Source of the DNA: Blastocladiella emersonii ATCC 22665
Lineage: Eukaryota > Fungi > Blastocladiomycota
Length of the DNA: 64,000 nt
Reading direction: 5' to 3'
NCBI GenBank assembly: GCA_025594325.1
Contig: JANHCV010000011.1
Span: 124,001 to 188,000, forward strand
The position numbers and the translations under genes were made by a program. The first letter of the stretch is position 1; every line of letters begins with the position of its first letter. A model generated the notes under the pieces. That model did not search any database. It worked only from the letters and a program-made list of their open reading frames with translations, and had not been told where the DNA came from. Shown piece by piece: positions 21,700 to 34,836 of the stretch.

Positions 21700-24600
21700 A
21701 TGACGAAGCCCGGCCTCACGCAGAGCACGCCCCACCGGCGTCGAGTCGTGCAGGACGGCGCGACGCCGAGCAAGCGCCTCGGGTCCCCGGCGCCGTCTGC
21801 CCGCACGCCAGCGACCGCGGCCAAGGAGAACAGCCAGCCCATTGTGATCTCCTCCGAGTCCGAGTCCGAGTCTGACGCTGGCTCCGGCTCGGCCGTCCCC
21901 CGCTCGCCTCGCCAGCCGTCCATTGCCCCTGCCGCCGCCGCCTCGGCTGCGCCTGCGCCGACCTCGGGTGCCCCGCACGCACAGCCTTCACTCGCGCCGG
22001 CCGCCGAGTCGGTCTCGTCCGGTCTTCCTGCGCCTTCCACCTCCATCAAAGCTCTTCTCCGCCGAGGCAACCAGCCTGCTGCGCCCAAACCTGCGCCCGC
22101 TGGCTCCGCGGCTTCGCCGGCATCTACCCCCGCCATGCAGCGCGATCACGGCGCGGCCAAGGGCATCGCGCTGATCCAGGCCGTCGCTGCGGGCGACACG
22201 TCGTCCGTCGCCGGGATCCTCAGCAAGGCCCCCGCCGACTGGGCCTGGCCGTCCACCCCGGGCGCTCGCGACCAGGACGGCCGGTCGCCGCTCCGCGCCG
22301 CTGTCCAGGCCCGCGACGAGCCGCTTGTGCGTTCGCTGCTTGCCCACCCGGCGACTCGCGCCGCATGGCTCAACCTCGTTGACAAGGACGGCTTCACCCC
22401 GCTCGCCGCGTGCCTCGCGTCCGCCCGCACGTGGCACGCCGGCGTCGCGGCCGCGCTGCTCGACGCCTCGGCCGACCCGTTCCTCGTCCCGCCGGCCCGC
22501 TCCCCGCTCGACGTGCTCGTCTGGGCTGCGCAGCACGCGACCGTGCCCGTCTTCACGCGCCTCATGCACCTCGCGCGCCCGCTCGGCCACCTGCAGCTGT
22601 ACAACGCCCAGGGCGCCGGCATCCTGCACGAGCTCGTGACGCGCGACGCCGTCGACGCCGTCGACAAGGCGCAGGTCCTCCTCGAGCGCGGTGGCGTCGA
22701 TCCGAGCGATGCCGCCGACAACACCTGGCCCGCTCTCCATCTCGCTGGTACGCACGGGGTGGGTCTGTTCCGGCCCTTGATTCACGGCCTGACCTTCTTC
22801 CCGCCATTGTTGCGCCGGCACCCGCCGTGTCTAGCCTGCACCGGTAAACTCAAGATGATCGACGTACTACTCGCCGCCGGCGCACCCGTCGACCTCGTCT
22901 GCAAGGACGGTCGCACCCCGCTCCACGTTGCTGCGCAACACGGCAAGGTCGACGCTGCCCGCCAGCTGCTCGCCGCCGGTGCTAACCCGCGCGCCCGCAC
23001 CCGGAACGGCTGGACCGTCCTCGCCGTTGCGGCCGCCAACGCCCCGCTCACCACCGTTCAGGCACTCGTTGCGCTCCTTCCCAACGATGTGCCTGCTGTG
23101 CTGACCAACGACGGCGAGTCGCTCACCGACCTTGCCCTCTTTGCCGGCCGCGCCGACACCGCGGTGTGGCTCCTGTGCTCGGCCGCTGTACAGTCCGCCA
23201 ACCTCGCCAAGGAGACGGACCACGCTGTGATCACCGCCGCTCTCAACGGCGTTGCAGCAATGGTGCACGCCGCTGCCTCGGCTCCCTCGTCCGCTTCGCC
23301 CGCCGCCAGTTCGTCGCCTTCAGCTGCCACTAGTGGGCTCGCTGGTGCTGTGCGTGTGCTTCCCGCCGCCGCCACCTCCGCTCCCGAGGTCGTGCTTCGC
23401 CGCTCGCACGACTCGCGCAACTCCGCCGCTGATCGGTCGCACCTCGAGGCGTCGCCCGAAAACCTGCCCGGTCTGGAGCTATCGCCCATCGTTGCCGGTA
23501 GTCGTCGCCAGTCGGGCGTGAGTTCCGCGAGCCTCGCCATCAACCAATCGCGCAAGTCAGGCGCTCACGCCTCGCCTCCGTCTGCATCCAGCCGCCCATC
23601 GCCGTCCGGTGCGCCCGGCTCCGCTGCTGCTGCCGCTGCCGCTGCCGCCGCTTCCACGATCCAGGGCTTCGACTCGGCGGCCTCCACGCCGTCGTGGCAG
23701 ACGCTCGGCCTCGGCGCGAGCACCACGCTCGCCTCGCACCAGATCCGCGCTATCGGTGAGCGCACGACCGTGGTACTTCCCCCTTCATCGAGCTCGGGCC
23801 TCTCGCTGGCTATTGGAACGCCCGCCACTCGTGGTGACGTGTTCCAGTCACACCCGACCTCGGTCCCCGCTCGCCCCTCGGCCGACCAGGACGGTCCTCT
23901 CGGTACCCCAACGTCCTCCCCGTCGACGAGCGTGTACCCCGAGCGCGCCATTGCCGTCGTTTCGCGCAACGATGCCGCGCGTATCCTCATTGCCGCGCTC
24001 GACTCGCACCTCGGCGACATTGCGACGATCCACGACAACGGGCACCAGGTCGACCCGCGCGTGTTCCTCGCCCAGCACTTCTCCTTCACCCAGCAGTTTA
24101 CTTCGCTCCACGGCCTGCTCGATCGGCTGCGCGCAGCGGGCGTCGAGGACCTCGACGTGGTCGCGACCGCGATTCGCCGCGCCGAGCAGCTCGCCGCCAG
24201 CAACCCGGCGGCCGACCTCTCGAGTGCCCTCGCCGTCGCCATCCAGGCCATCAGTCACCACACCAGCGACATCAGCCACCACGCGCGCCGCCTCGAGAAG
24301 CTGCGCTCCAAGGAGGCGGGTGTCCGCGAGGCCGCGTCGCAGGCCGACCACGACCTGCGCGAGTTCCACCGGCTGTTCCAGGCCAAGGATTTCCTGGGCG
24401 CGCTGCAGGCCGAGGACAAGTGGATGGACGGGCTGCTGGACCTGATCCACCAGCGCGCGCGCCTGCTCGGCTCCGTCGACGCGGCGCTCCAGCTGCAGAG
24501 CAAGCTCCGCGACGCCGTCTCGAAACAGGTCGCCGCGGCCGACGACGAGGCCACCATCGTCAGCCGTGGGGTCGGCGAGCGGCTCGACGAGCTCGGCGAC

Positions 24601-26535
24601 CGTCTCGGGTTCCTCGCCACGTTCCGCAACCGCGTCAAGATGGCCGTCGACGCGCTCGCCGACGAGTGGCGCGCGCGAGTCCCGCCGGGCACGGGCGTCA
24701 CGGCTGACCGCTTGCCGACCGCGGGCGACGCCGACGACGAGGATGTCGTCATGGGCGAGGCGCACGGCTCCGAGCGGCAGGCCCCCTCGCGCTCGCGGCC
24801 GAGCCAGGACAGCGTGGCCAGTGGCAGCACGATGCTCGGCCTCGGGTCCGGTGCGTCGGGCGCCACGTCGATCCAGTGGTTGCTCGAGTTCTGTGCGCTG
24901 TACCTCGTCATGATCGGGCACCCGCTCGACGCCGCGCCGCTGCCGCCCCCGCACGAGGTTGTCGGGCAGCTGATGAACTGGTACCTCGAGGTCAAGGCGG
25001 GCGAGGCGCGGCGCGAGCACGACGACGTCGAGGCGTGCGTGCGGACGGCGCAGGCGCACGCCGAGTGCTGCACGCTGCTGCGCGAAGCGACGCGGCGCAC
25101 GCTCCAGGCGGCCGTCGCGCACCTGCAGAACGGCGTCCACCTGCTGTCAGGGCAGTCCAAGTACCTGCGCGAGGCGATCCCGGCGGCGTACGAGCTCCTG
25201 CACCGTCGGCTCGCGTACAACGAGGGCCTGTGCAAGGGCAACATTGCCAAGTTCAACGCCGACGTGGCGCGCGTCACCCAGGACAAGAGCCGCGCGTTCT
25301 CGCGGCGCGCCGAGGTCGAGCTCGCGCGGTACGAGGACGAGGTGGACTACTTCAAGATGTCCCTCAAGAAGGAGAAGCTGCGGCTGATCAAGATCGAGGA
25401 CCTGATCCAGCGTGCGTTCGCCGCCGCGTTCCAGTACATTTCGCAGGAGCGGCTCGAGGAGGTGCGCGCCGAGTACCTCGCGCTCGGCGTCATGGTCCGC
25501 GGCACGGGCTACTCGGCGGCGCGGTCGGCGGCGAACATGGCTGCGGCGGCCGAGGACCAGCAGCGCGCGCTGCGCCGCGCCGGCAAGCGCACGCGGACCG
25601 GGTGGTCGACGGCGACGTCGGACGGCGGCGACCTCGGGTCGGGCGATGCTGGGCCAACGACGACGGACGCGGCCAACTCGGCGTGGTCCATGCAGCGCGC
25701 CAACGAGGTGACGACGCTCCGCATCGCCCACGCCCGCCGCAAGAGCCAGGTCTTGGTCGATTCGGCCGCCATGGTCGGCCGCGGCGGCGACGACGAGGAG
25801 TCGGATATTGACCGCAAGATCGCCGAGCTCGAGGGCTTCCTCGAGGGCGGGCCGAGCAAGCGCACCCGCGCCGCGGTGCGGTCGCGCGTCTCGAGCGGGT
25901 CGCGGTCCTCGTCGCGGTCGTCCACGCGGTCGTCGAGCGTCGCGGGGACCGAGCGCACCATCGCCGGATACCGCGCGGCCGATTCGCACGGCCGCACGCG
26001 CAAGCGTAAGCGCGTGTCCAACACGAGCAGCAACGGGACGCAGTCGACGGCCACGGCGGCCTCGGCGGCGTCGCTCGGCCTGTTCCTCGATCCGCCCGTG
26101 CTCACGCGCCGTGCCCCCGCCGAGGAAGACGCGACCTCGGGCGGATCCCTCCTCGCGCGCGTGGTGGCGGCCCCGCTCAACCTGGCGCGGTCCGTCCTCT
26201 CGTTCAACCCGTGGGCGCCCGCTGCTCCCGCGGCGCCTCCGTCGCAGCCGGCCAACGATATCACTGGCACCACGGTTGGCGACGACGACCTCGCCGAGTC
26301 GGTGAACGCGTACCACAAGGCGCTCCGCAGCGCAGCCGTCGCGGCGACCTCGGGCGTGGCCGCGAGCGAGCGCATGTCGTCGCCGCGCGTCGGGCGCTCG
26401 GGCCGCGTCGGTCTCCGCCGCGACAGCCACCGCTCGGTTGGCAGCCGCAGCGCGGCGTCCACCCGGCCAGCCTCGCCCGCCGCGGCGGCCTTTGGCAGCC
26501 AGGACGACGGTGCCCAGGGCGACGACGAGCTCTAG
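21700..26535 (+). CDS. Large ankyrin-repeat protein (about 1580 aa) with a helical/coiled-coil C-terminal half
   Basis: Ankyrin motifs GRSPLRAAV, GFTPLAAC, GRTPLHVAAQHGKVDAARQLLAAGA, GWTVLAVAA. An in-frame 87-nt intron (22748-22834) restores ALHLAACTGKLKMIDVLL. Confidence 0.9.
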   Translation: MTKPGLTQSTPHRRRVVQDGATPSKRLGSPAPSARTPATAAKENSQPIVISSESESESDAGSGSAVPRSPRQPSIAPAAAASAAPAPTSGAPHAQPSLAPAAESVSSGLPAPSTSIKALLRRGNQPAAPKPAPAGSAASPASTPAMQRDHGAAKGIALIQAVAAGDTSSVAGILSKAPADWAWPSTPGARDQDGRSPLRAAVQARDEPLVRSLLAHPATRAAWLNLVDKDGFTPLAACLASARTWHAGVAAALLDASADPFLVPPARSPLDVLVWAAQHATVPVFTRLMHLARPLGHLQLYNAQGAGILHELVTRDAVDAVDKAQVLLERGGVDPSDAADNTWPALHLAGTHGVGLFRPLIHGLTFFPPLLRRHPPCLACTGKLKMIDVLLAAGAPVDLVCKDGRTPLHVAAQHGKVDAARQLLAAGANPRARTRNGWTVLAVAAANAPLTTVQALVALLPNDVPAVLTNDGESLTDLALFAGRADTAVWLLCSAAVQSANLAKETDHAVITAALNGVAAMVHAAASAPSSASPAASSSPSAATSGLAGAVRVLPAAATSAPEVVLRRSHDSRNSAADRSHLEASPENLPGLELSPIVAGSRRQSGVSSASLAINQSRKSGAHASPPSASSRPSPSGAPGSAAAAAAAAAASTIQGFDSAASTPSWQTLGLGASTTLASHQIRAIGERTTVVLPPSSSSGLSLAIGTPATRGDVFQSHPTSVPARPSADQDGPLGTPTSSPSTSVYPERAIAVVSRNDAARILIAALDSHLGDIATIHDNGHQVDPRVFLAQHFSFTQQFTSLHGLLDRLRAAGVEDLDVVATAIRRAEQLAASNPAADLSSALAVAIQAISHHTSDISHHARRLEKLRSKEAGVREAASQADHDLREFHRLFQAKDFLGALQAEDKWMDGLLDLIHQRARLLGSVDAALQLQSKLRDAVSKQVAAADDEATIVSRGVGERLDELGDRLGFLATFRNRVKMAVDALADEWRARVPPGTGVTADRLPTAGDADDEDVVMGEAHGSERQAPSRSRPSQDSVASGSTMLGLGSGASGATSIQWLLEFCALYLVMIGHPLDAAPLPPPHEVVGQLMNWYLEVKAGEARREHDDVEACVRTAQAHAECCTLLREATRRTLQAAVAHLQNGVHLLSGQSKYLREAIPAAYELLHRRLAYNEGLCKGNIAKFNADVARVTQDKSRAFSRRAEVELARYEDEVDYFKMSLKKEKLRLIKIEDLIQRAFAAAFQYISQERLEEVRAEYLALGVMVRGTGYSAARSAANMAAAAEDQQRALRRAGKRTRTGWSTATSDGGDLGSGDAGPTTTDAANSAWSMQRANEVTTLRIAHARRKSQVLVDSAAMVGRGGDDEESDIDRKIAELEGFLEGGPSKRTRAAVRSRVSSGSRSSSRSSTRSSSVAGTERTIAGYRAADSHGRTRKRKRVSNTSSNGTQSTATAASAASLGLFLDPPVLTRRAPAEEDATSGGSLLARVVAAPLNLARSVLSFNPWAPAAPAAPPSQPANDITGTTVGDDDLAESVNAYHKALRSAAVAATSGVAASERMSSPRVGRSGRVGLRRDSHRSVGSRSAASTRPASPAAAAFGSQDDGAQGDDEL

Positions 26536-26990
26536 GCACACTTCCCCCTCTCCGCAATAACTCTCCATTCACTTGTTCCACGCATTCCATAACCCATTTG
26601 TCTATTCCTCGTTCCATAATATCGCCTATTTATCACGCTGCTTGGTTCCGGTGCTCAGGTGACGCGTTGCGAGGAGGTCGGCAGACCGATGGCGATGGTC
26701 GCTCCGCCGCCGCGGCCGCTCTCGTGCCCGCTCTCCTCCACTCCTTCGCCGTACCCCATCTCGAGTCCCATCGACTCTGTGCAACGTCATTGACAACAGT
26801 CCAAGAGAGTGAATCCCCCTCGAGCAGCCTCGGCTCGCATGTAACTTGTCCCCCTCGCCCGCAAGCCGTCCAGATACACTGCCACGCTTTCTTCCTCCCC
26901 ACGCACGCCAGGAGAGCACTCGGCTTCAACTGCCTACCATTCAGCCTTCGTCAGTGCTACACATCAACCATTACGACCACCACCGCCACC

Positions 26991-28303
26991 ATGTCCTCGC
27001 TCCACGACCCGAGCGCCGTCGACGCGGCGCAGCTGCAGCGCGTGGCGCGCGTGTGCTACGACTCGCCGTTCGTGCTGATGCGGTCCGACTCGCTGTCCGT
27101 GTGCTACAGCAAGCACGTGCCGCAGGAGAAGCTGAAGATCCACGCGCACACGGCCTTCGACCTGATGGGCGCGTGCGGCCGCCACAAGGAGGGCGTCGTC
27201 AGCTACTACTTCTTCCCGTGGAAGCTCGCCCACGCGCGCCGCCACCCGCCCGCCTCGCTCGACCTGCGCATCCAGTACCTCGGGTGGCCCGTCAAGTACC
27301 TCGTCAAGGAGTTCCTGGTCCTGTACCGCCTCGTCTACGGCGACCTCGACAGCGACGACGCCGTGCGCGCGCGCCTCGTCGCCCTGTGCGCCGCCGCCGG
27401 ACCGGGCAAGGTGCAGATGCCCGGCTCGCTGTGGACCTCGCGCTTCGCGTGGCCCGAGCCGTCCGCCGAGCCGCGCGCTTTCGAGTGGCCCGCCGGCACC
27501 GCGCCGGGCGAGCCCATGCTTATGGGCGCTCGCTGGAAGATCGTGCCGCTCGCTGACGGCGCGGGACGGAAGCGCGCGGCCTCGGCGTCGGCGCAAAAAC
27601 AGCAGCACCAAGGTTACAACGGCGGCACCGACGAAAACTTCATCGCGCTTGATTCCGACTCGGAGTCGGATTCGAATGCGAGCACGAGCGCCAGCGCGCA
27701 TTCCCGTCAGAGGCGCGTTCGCGTCCACCCGCACCGTGTCGGCGACCTGGACTGACGCTTGCCTGCCCGCGCGTAGATCTAACCCTCGTGAACCCGATCG
27801 CCCGTACAAGAAACAGCGCTACGACACCGTGTCCTCGACCACCTCCTCGTCGTTTGCGTCCCCATCGTTCCCCTCCTACGACCCGCTCAACGCTCAGGAA
27901 CCATGTACGCCTCTCGCTCCGCACGCCCGCCGCGACCCGGTCCCTGACTCTTTGCTGCGCGCGCGTGCATCTAGGGCTCACCCACTCCTCATCGTCCCCC
28001 TCCCTCCCCGTCTCCTACGCCTCGTCCAAGTCCGCCTCGCCGCTGCACCCGCCCACCCCGCTCCTCACCACGGACCCGCGACCCGGCCTCCCGCCCATGC
28101 ACAAGCTGCTGCGTGCCATGTGCGACCGTCGGCGGCGCGTCGAGCGCAACCGCAACGGCGACATGGACATTGACAGCCCAGCGCTGGGCGTACGGCACCG
28201 CGAGTCCGAGGCCGAGCTGCGCGCCAGGGACACGACGCGCGCCGCGTGGTCGATGCCGCGGCGCAAGCTCGTCGCTAGCGACTTTTTCGTGCGCGTCGCG
28301 TAA
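26991..28303 (+). CDS. Hypothetical protein, probably two introns (one ending at 27776; 27906-27974)
   Basis: ATG at 26991 in ACC context, strong GC3 bias, globular N-terminal region (YYFFPWKLAH). Branch/acceptor signals join to the frame ending at TAA 28303. The first donor is uncertain. Confidence 0.65.
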
Positions 28304-28517
28304 GCCGGTCTCCATGACCTCGGCGGAGAATGCAAGGCAGTCAGCCTCGATTCTGCTCCTGTGCCCGCCTCCTCCCCTACCCCTACCCTCTCCAACAGCA
28401 ATACACCGAGCCATCATACCCCCACTCTTGCGCTGCGTTGCGTTGTGAAGAACCCCGTCCGTCTCATGTATATTCACTATGTTGCCGTGCCGCTCGCGCC
28501 TGCACTGCGAGTCGATC

Positions 28518-31271
28518 TCAGTCCTGCGTGTGCTGCCACAAGACGCGCGGGATCTCGGCCCACTCGGGGGGCTTGACGCCGCCGGTGCCCGCGAGCCTCA
28601 CCCACTCTGGCCGGAGGAGCCCGACCGCAACGATCGCCGCGACCGTGTCGAGGACCTCGGCGACGGGCGCGCCGAAGACCGCGATCCCCGCGATTGCCGC
28701 GGCCGCTGGGTGCGCGGTGCCCGGCCGGAGAAACTCGGCGTACTGCGCGATCGCGTCGCGGTAGCTAGCGGCGGCAGCCGCTGCCGCGGACTCGCCCTCG
28801 CCGGCGGCGCGCGCGAGGAGGAGCGCGGCGCGGACCGCGGGCCACGCGGCCTTGAGGTCGCCGTCGAGGAACGGGTGCACGCCGGCGGCGAGCTGGCACG
28901 CGTCCGCGAGGGTGGCCGGGGCAACGGCCGACGCCGACGACGCCGCGACCGCGCGCGCGGTCATGAGGACCGACGCGGCGCCACATACGGTGCGCGTGGC
29001 GGACCGGTTCGTGGACCGCCCCGTGGTGTTGAAGGCTTCGGACCACGTGTGCGCGAGCGACAGGAGCCGGTCGCGCGGGACCGCGGGGACGCGCGCCGTG
29101 TACGGCCCGTGGATGGCGGAGACTGCGGCGAGCGAGACGGGGAGCGGGACGGGCGCCGTATACGTTGGTAGCGGCGGGAGCGGTGCCGATCGCTGGGCGG
29201 CGGCGCGGTGGTGTGGTGGGTGCGCCGAGGGCGGCGGCGACGGCGAGCGCGACAGGGAGCGCGACCGGGACCGCGTCCGCGCGCGTTTCCGCGACGGGTA
29301 CATCGACGACGCCGCCGGCTCGCGCGTCCGCTTCGCAGCGGGCGAGCGCAGCGGCGCTGGTGGCGCGAGGTGGTTGTTCGACGCACGGGCAGACGCGGTC
29401 GATGCCGTGAGCTGACCGGACTCGGGCGTCGACGCGGCCGTGTGGCCGTTCCCCGACTCCTCGGGGACGACCTGCATCGCGTCGACGTGGCTCGCGAGCG
29501 ACCCGTTGGGTGCCGCGGGCGCACCGCTTCGTCCCCGCGGAGCCCCGGGCGTGCTCTGCGGCGACGCGAGCCCGACGCTCGGCGAGTTGCGCACCGAGCC
29601 TGGGCGGTGGCCGGGGACGGGCGGGATCTGCGGCGAGCGCAATGCGGATTCGTCGCCGGCAGAGGCGCGACCGTTTGCGAGACGGTGCGCGGGGCCCGCC
29701 GACGCAGTCGCGGCGGCCGCGACGATAGAGTCCCACGAGATGCCCGCGGGGAGGCGCAGCGTGACGCTCATCGGCACGGGCACGGGCACAGGCGCGGCGG
29801 CAGGTCCTGGCGGCTGGCGCGGCACGGCGCGCTGGCGGCTCGAGGCTGGGAGCGGCGGGAGCTGGTCCGGGACGGCGTAGCCGAGCGCGGTGCACAGCTC
29901 GATGGCGTCGGCGCGCGAGAGCATGGGTGGTGCTGGCGGCGCAGCGGGGACGACGGGCGGCGGGGACTGTGCTCGCGCCGCCGGGGCGGGGGCGGTGGGG
30001 GCAGGCGCCTTCTTCGCGACAATCCCGTTGCGCGGCTTAGGCGCAGCGGGCGCCGCGGCAGGCGGTGCAGAGCGCGGCTCGGCATTCGGGAGCGAGGAAG
30101 CGGGAGCCTGCTGCGCCAAAGGCGCGGGAGCAGGTGCTGGCGCGGGCGCGGGGACCGGGGCCGGAGGGGGCACCGGTGCAGTTGCAGCAGCTGCAGGAGC
30201 GGCAGATGGTGGAGCAGTTGGCGGCGGAGGCGACTTTTGGCGCGAGGTAGGCGCGTTGGGCGCCGCTGCAGCGGGAGCGACGGGCTCGGCCGTGGCGGGT
30301 CGCGGAGCGCCACCGCGGCGGACGACGAGGCCGGACCCGGTGCCCGTGCGAGGGGGCGCGGGCGCCGACGCGGTCTCGGCCGAGGTGCGCAGCGGCGCGA
30401 GCGGCAACGGCTGTTGCGGCTGCGGTCGGGCCGAGTTTGCGCTGGCGCTGAAGAGAGCGCGGAGGGACGAGGGCGTTAGAGGGGAAGGGTTGAGTCGCGC
30501 GGGAGTCGACGCACCTGGGCGATCGAGACCGCGGGCGAGGCGGCGGCGGCTGCGGGGTTCCCGAGGCGTACGGCGCGGCCGAGGGCGGGGTCATACCAGC
30601 CTGCGGCAGGGCGGCGTTGCGGCGGCGCCTGCGCTCGAGGGCGGTGGGGCCGGAGCGCGGCACGTCGCCGTCGCCGATGCGGCCGCTGAGGGCAATGTCC
30701 TGGTCGAAGGCGCGCGGGCCGAGCTCTACGCGGTTCCGCGCCACAGATTGTCAGTCCCACGTTAAGGAGAAACCCTGTTCACTCGCGTGCACGCACCGAG
30801 CAGGCCGTCGCGGTAGGTGCCGACGCGATGGAACGTTTGCGCGGTCGGGTTGACGCGGGGCGGCTCGGGCCAGAGCTCGGTGGTGATCAGGTGGCGGCAC
30901 CGCTGGACCGACGAGTCGGAGGGCCGCACGAACACGGCGTACTCGGGGCGGCCTTCGTAGGCGAAGGCGCGGGTGAACACGCCGGCGCGGCACAGGTCGT
31001 CGAGGCGCACGTCAATGCTGGCCTCGAGCTGCGCGCACCGCGCCGCCGTCGACACGCCGTTGGTCACGGTCGCGGCAAAGGCGCCGCCGGACGCGGCGAG
31101 CGGCGTGCTCGTCCCGCTCGTGTTCACGCTGACGCTTCCCGTCGCCGTGCCGGTGCCGCCGCCGTTGGGCAGGGAGCCGGGCGACGCGCGGCGCGAGCGC
31201 ACGATCGACGGCGTCCCGCCAGCGGCTGCGGGTGGCGGCGGCGGCGGTGGAGGGCGCGTGGCGGTGTTCAT
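28518..31271 (-). CDS. Hypothetical Pro/Ala-rich protein, at least two introns (about 30750-30800 and 30449-30515)
   Basis: ORF pieces 30762..31382, 30037..30744 and 28518..30407 are linked by GT-AG introns with CTRAC branch sites. No domain recognised. Confidence 0.6.
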
Positions 31272-31787
31272 GGCTCCGTCTTGTCTGGACGACGACAGCG
31301 AGTGCGCAACAGTGGTCAGGTCGGCGGATCCACGACTGCTTGACCGGCAGGCGCACCTTGGTCGCCGCAGACGCGCCGGCAAGTGTGTATAGTTCAGCAG
31401 AGAGCGGCCGCCGGTGGTGCGTCACGGGCGAGTCGATACGTGTGGATGGGCCGAGGTCAAGGGTCGCCGCAGCCGCAGGAGGCGCCGGAGAGAGCGCGGG
31501 CGGGCGGGCGATGCGAGTGCACTGCCGCAACTGAGTAGTAGTGCGAGTAGGCTGGCGCGAGAGGGGGAGCAAGAGCAGAGAGCGGCGCGAGCGACTCGAG
31601 ACGGGGGCGACGGCGCCCGAGCGGTGTGGCCAATCGCGCCGCATCAGCTGACGGCCACCCGCTCATGTGCGACGCGCTCGCCCAGACGAAACGAGGAGAG
31701 CGAGAGGAAAAAACGAGGGGGATCAAATAACGAACGAGAGATGAGGAATAACAGCAATCGGGAAACAACAGAGATGCGGCAACCATC

Positions 31788-34276
<2,489 letters not shown>

Positions 34277-34836
34277 CTACTGCTGCGTTGCGTTGCGCGG
34301 ATCGGGGCGGTGCGGTCGCGGGGGCGGTGGAGGAGGAGGATCAGGGCGGCAGCGGCGGTGGTCGGCGGCGGCGGTGGTCGGCGGCGGCGACGCCCACGCT
34401 GGCGTTTGCCTTCGCCTTTGCCGTTGCCGTCCGACGTGGCGCGCGCGACTTTCAATGTGGCGAACAGCACGCCGCTCGGGTGCCACTCCTGTCGCATCCG
34501 CCGCTCACGCCATGCGCGACAGGCGTGGCAGGAATTGCAGGGCCCCACCAGGATGGAAGGGATGACGCACCGCGGCCGCCGCCACAAACCCGCTGATCAG
34601 CCCAGCGTGAAATCAGGCAGGTCCGAACAAGAACGCTCCAAGCATGCAGCGCGAGCGATGACCTGCTCCACCTCATCGCGGCCACGGAGCACCACGCATC
34701 GACTGCACCGTGCCCTAACCTGGTGCAACGCACTGCCGCCGCGGCCGCCCTCCCGCCGCACCCCATGTATCGAGCCCACCGCCGCCTTCTTGCACTTGCA
34801 CCCGCACCCGCACCAGCACCCGCACCGAATCAGTGA

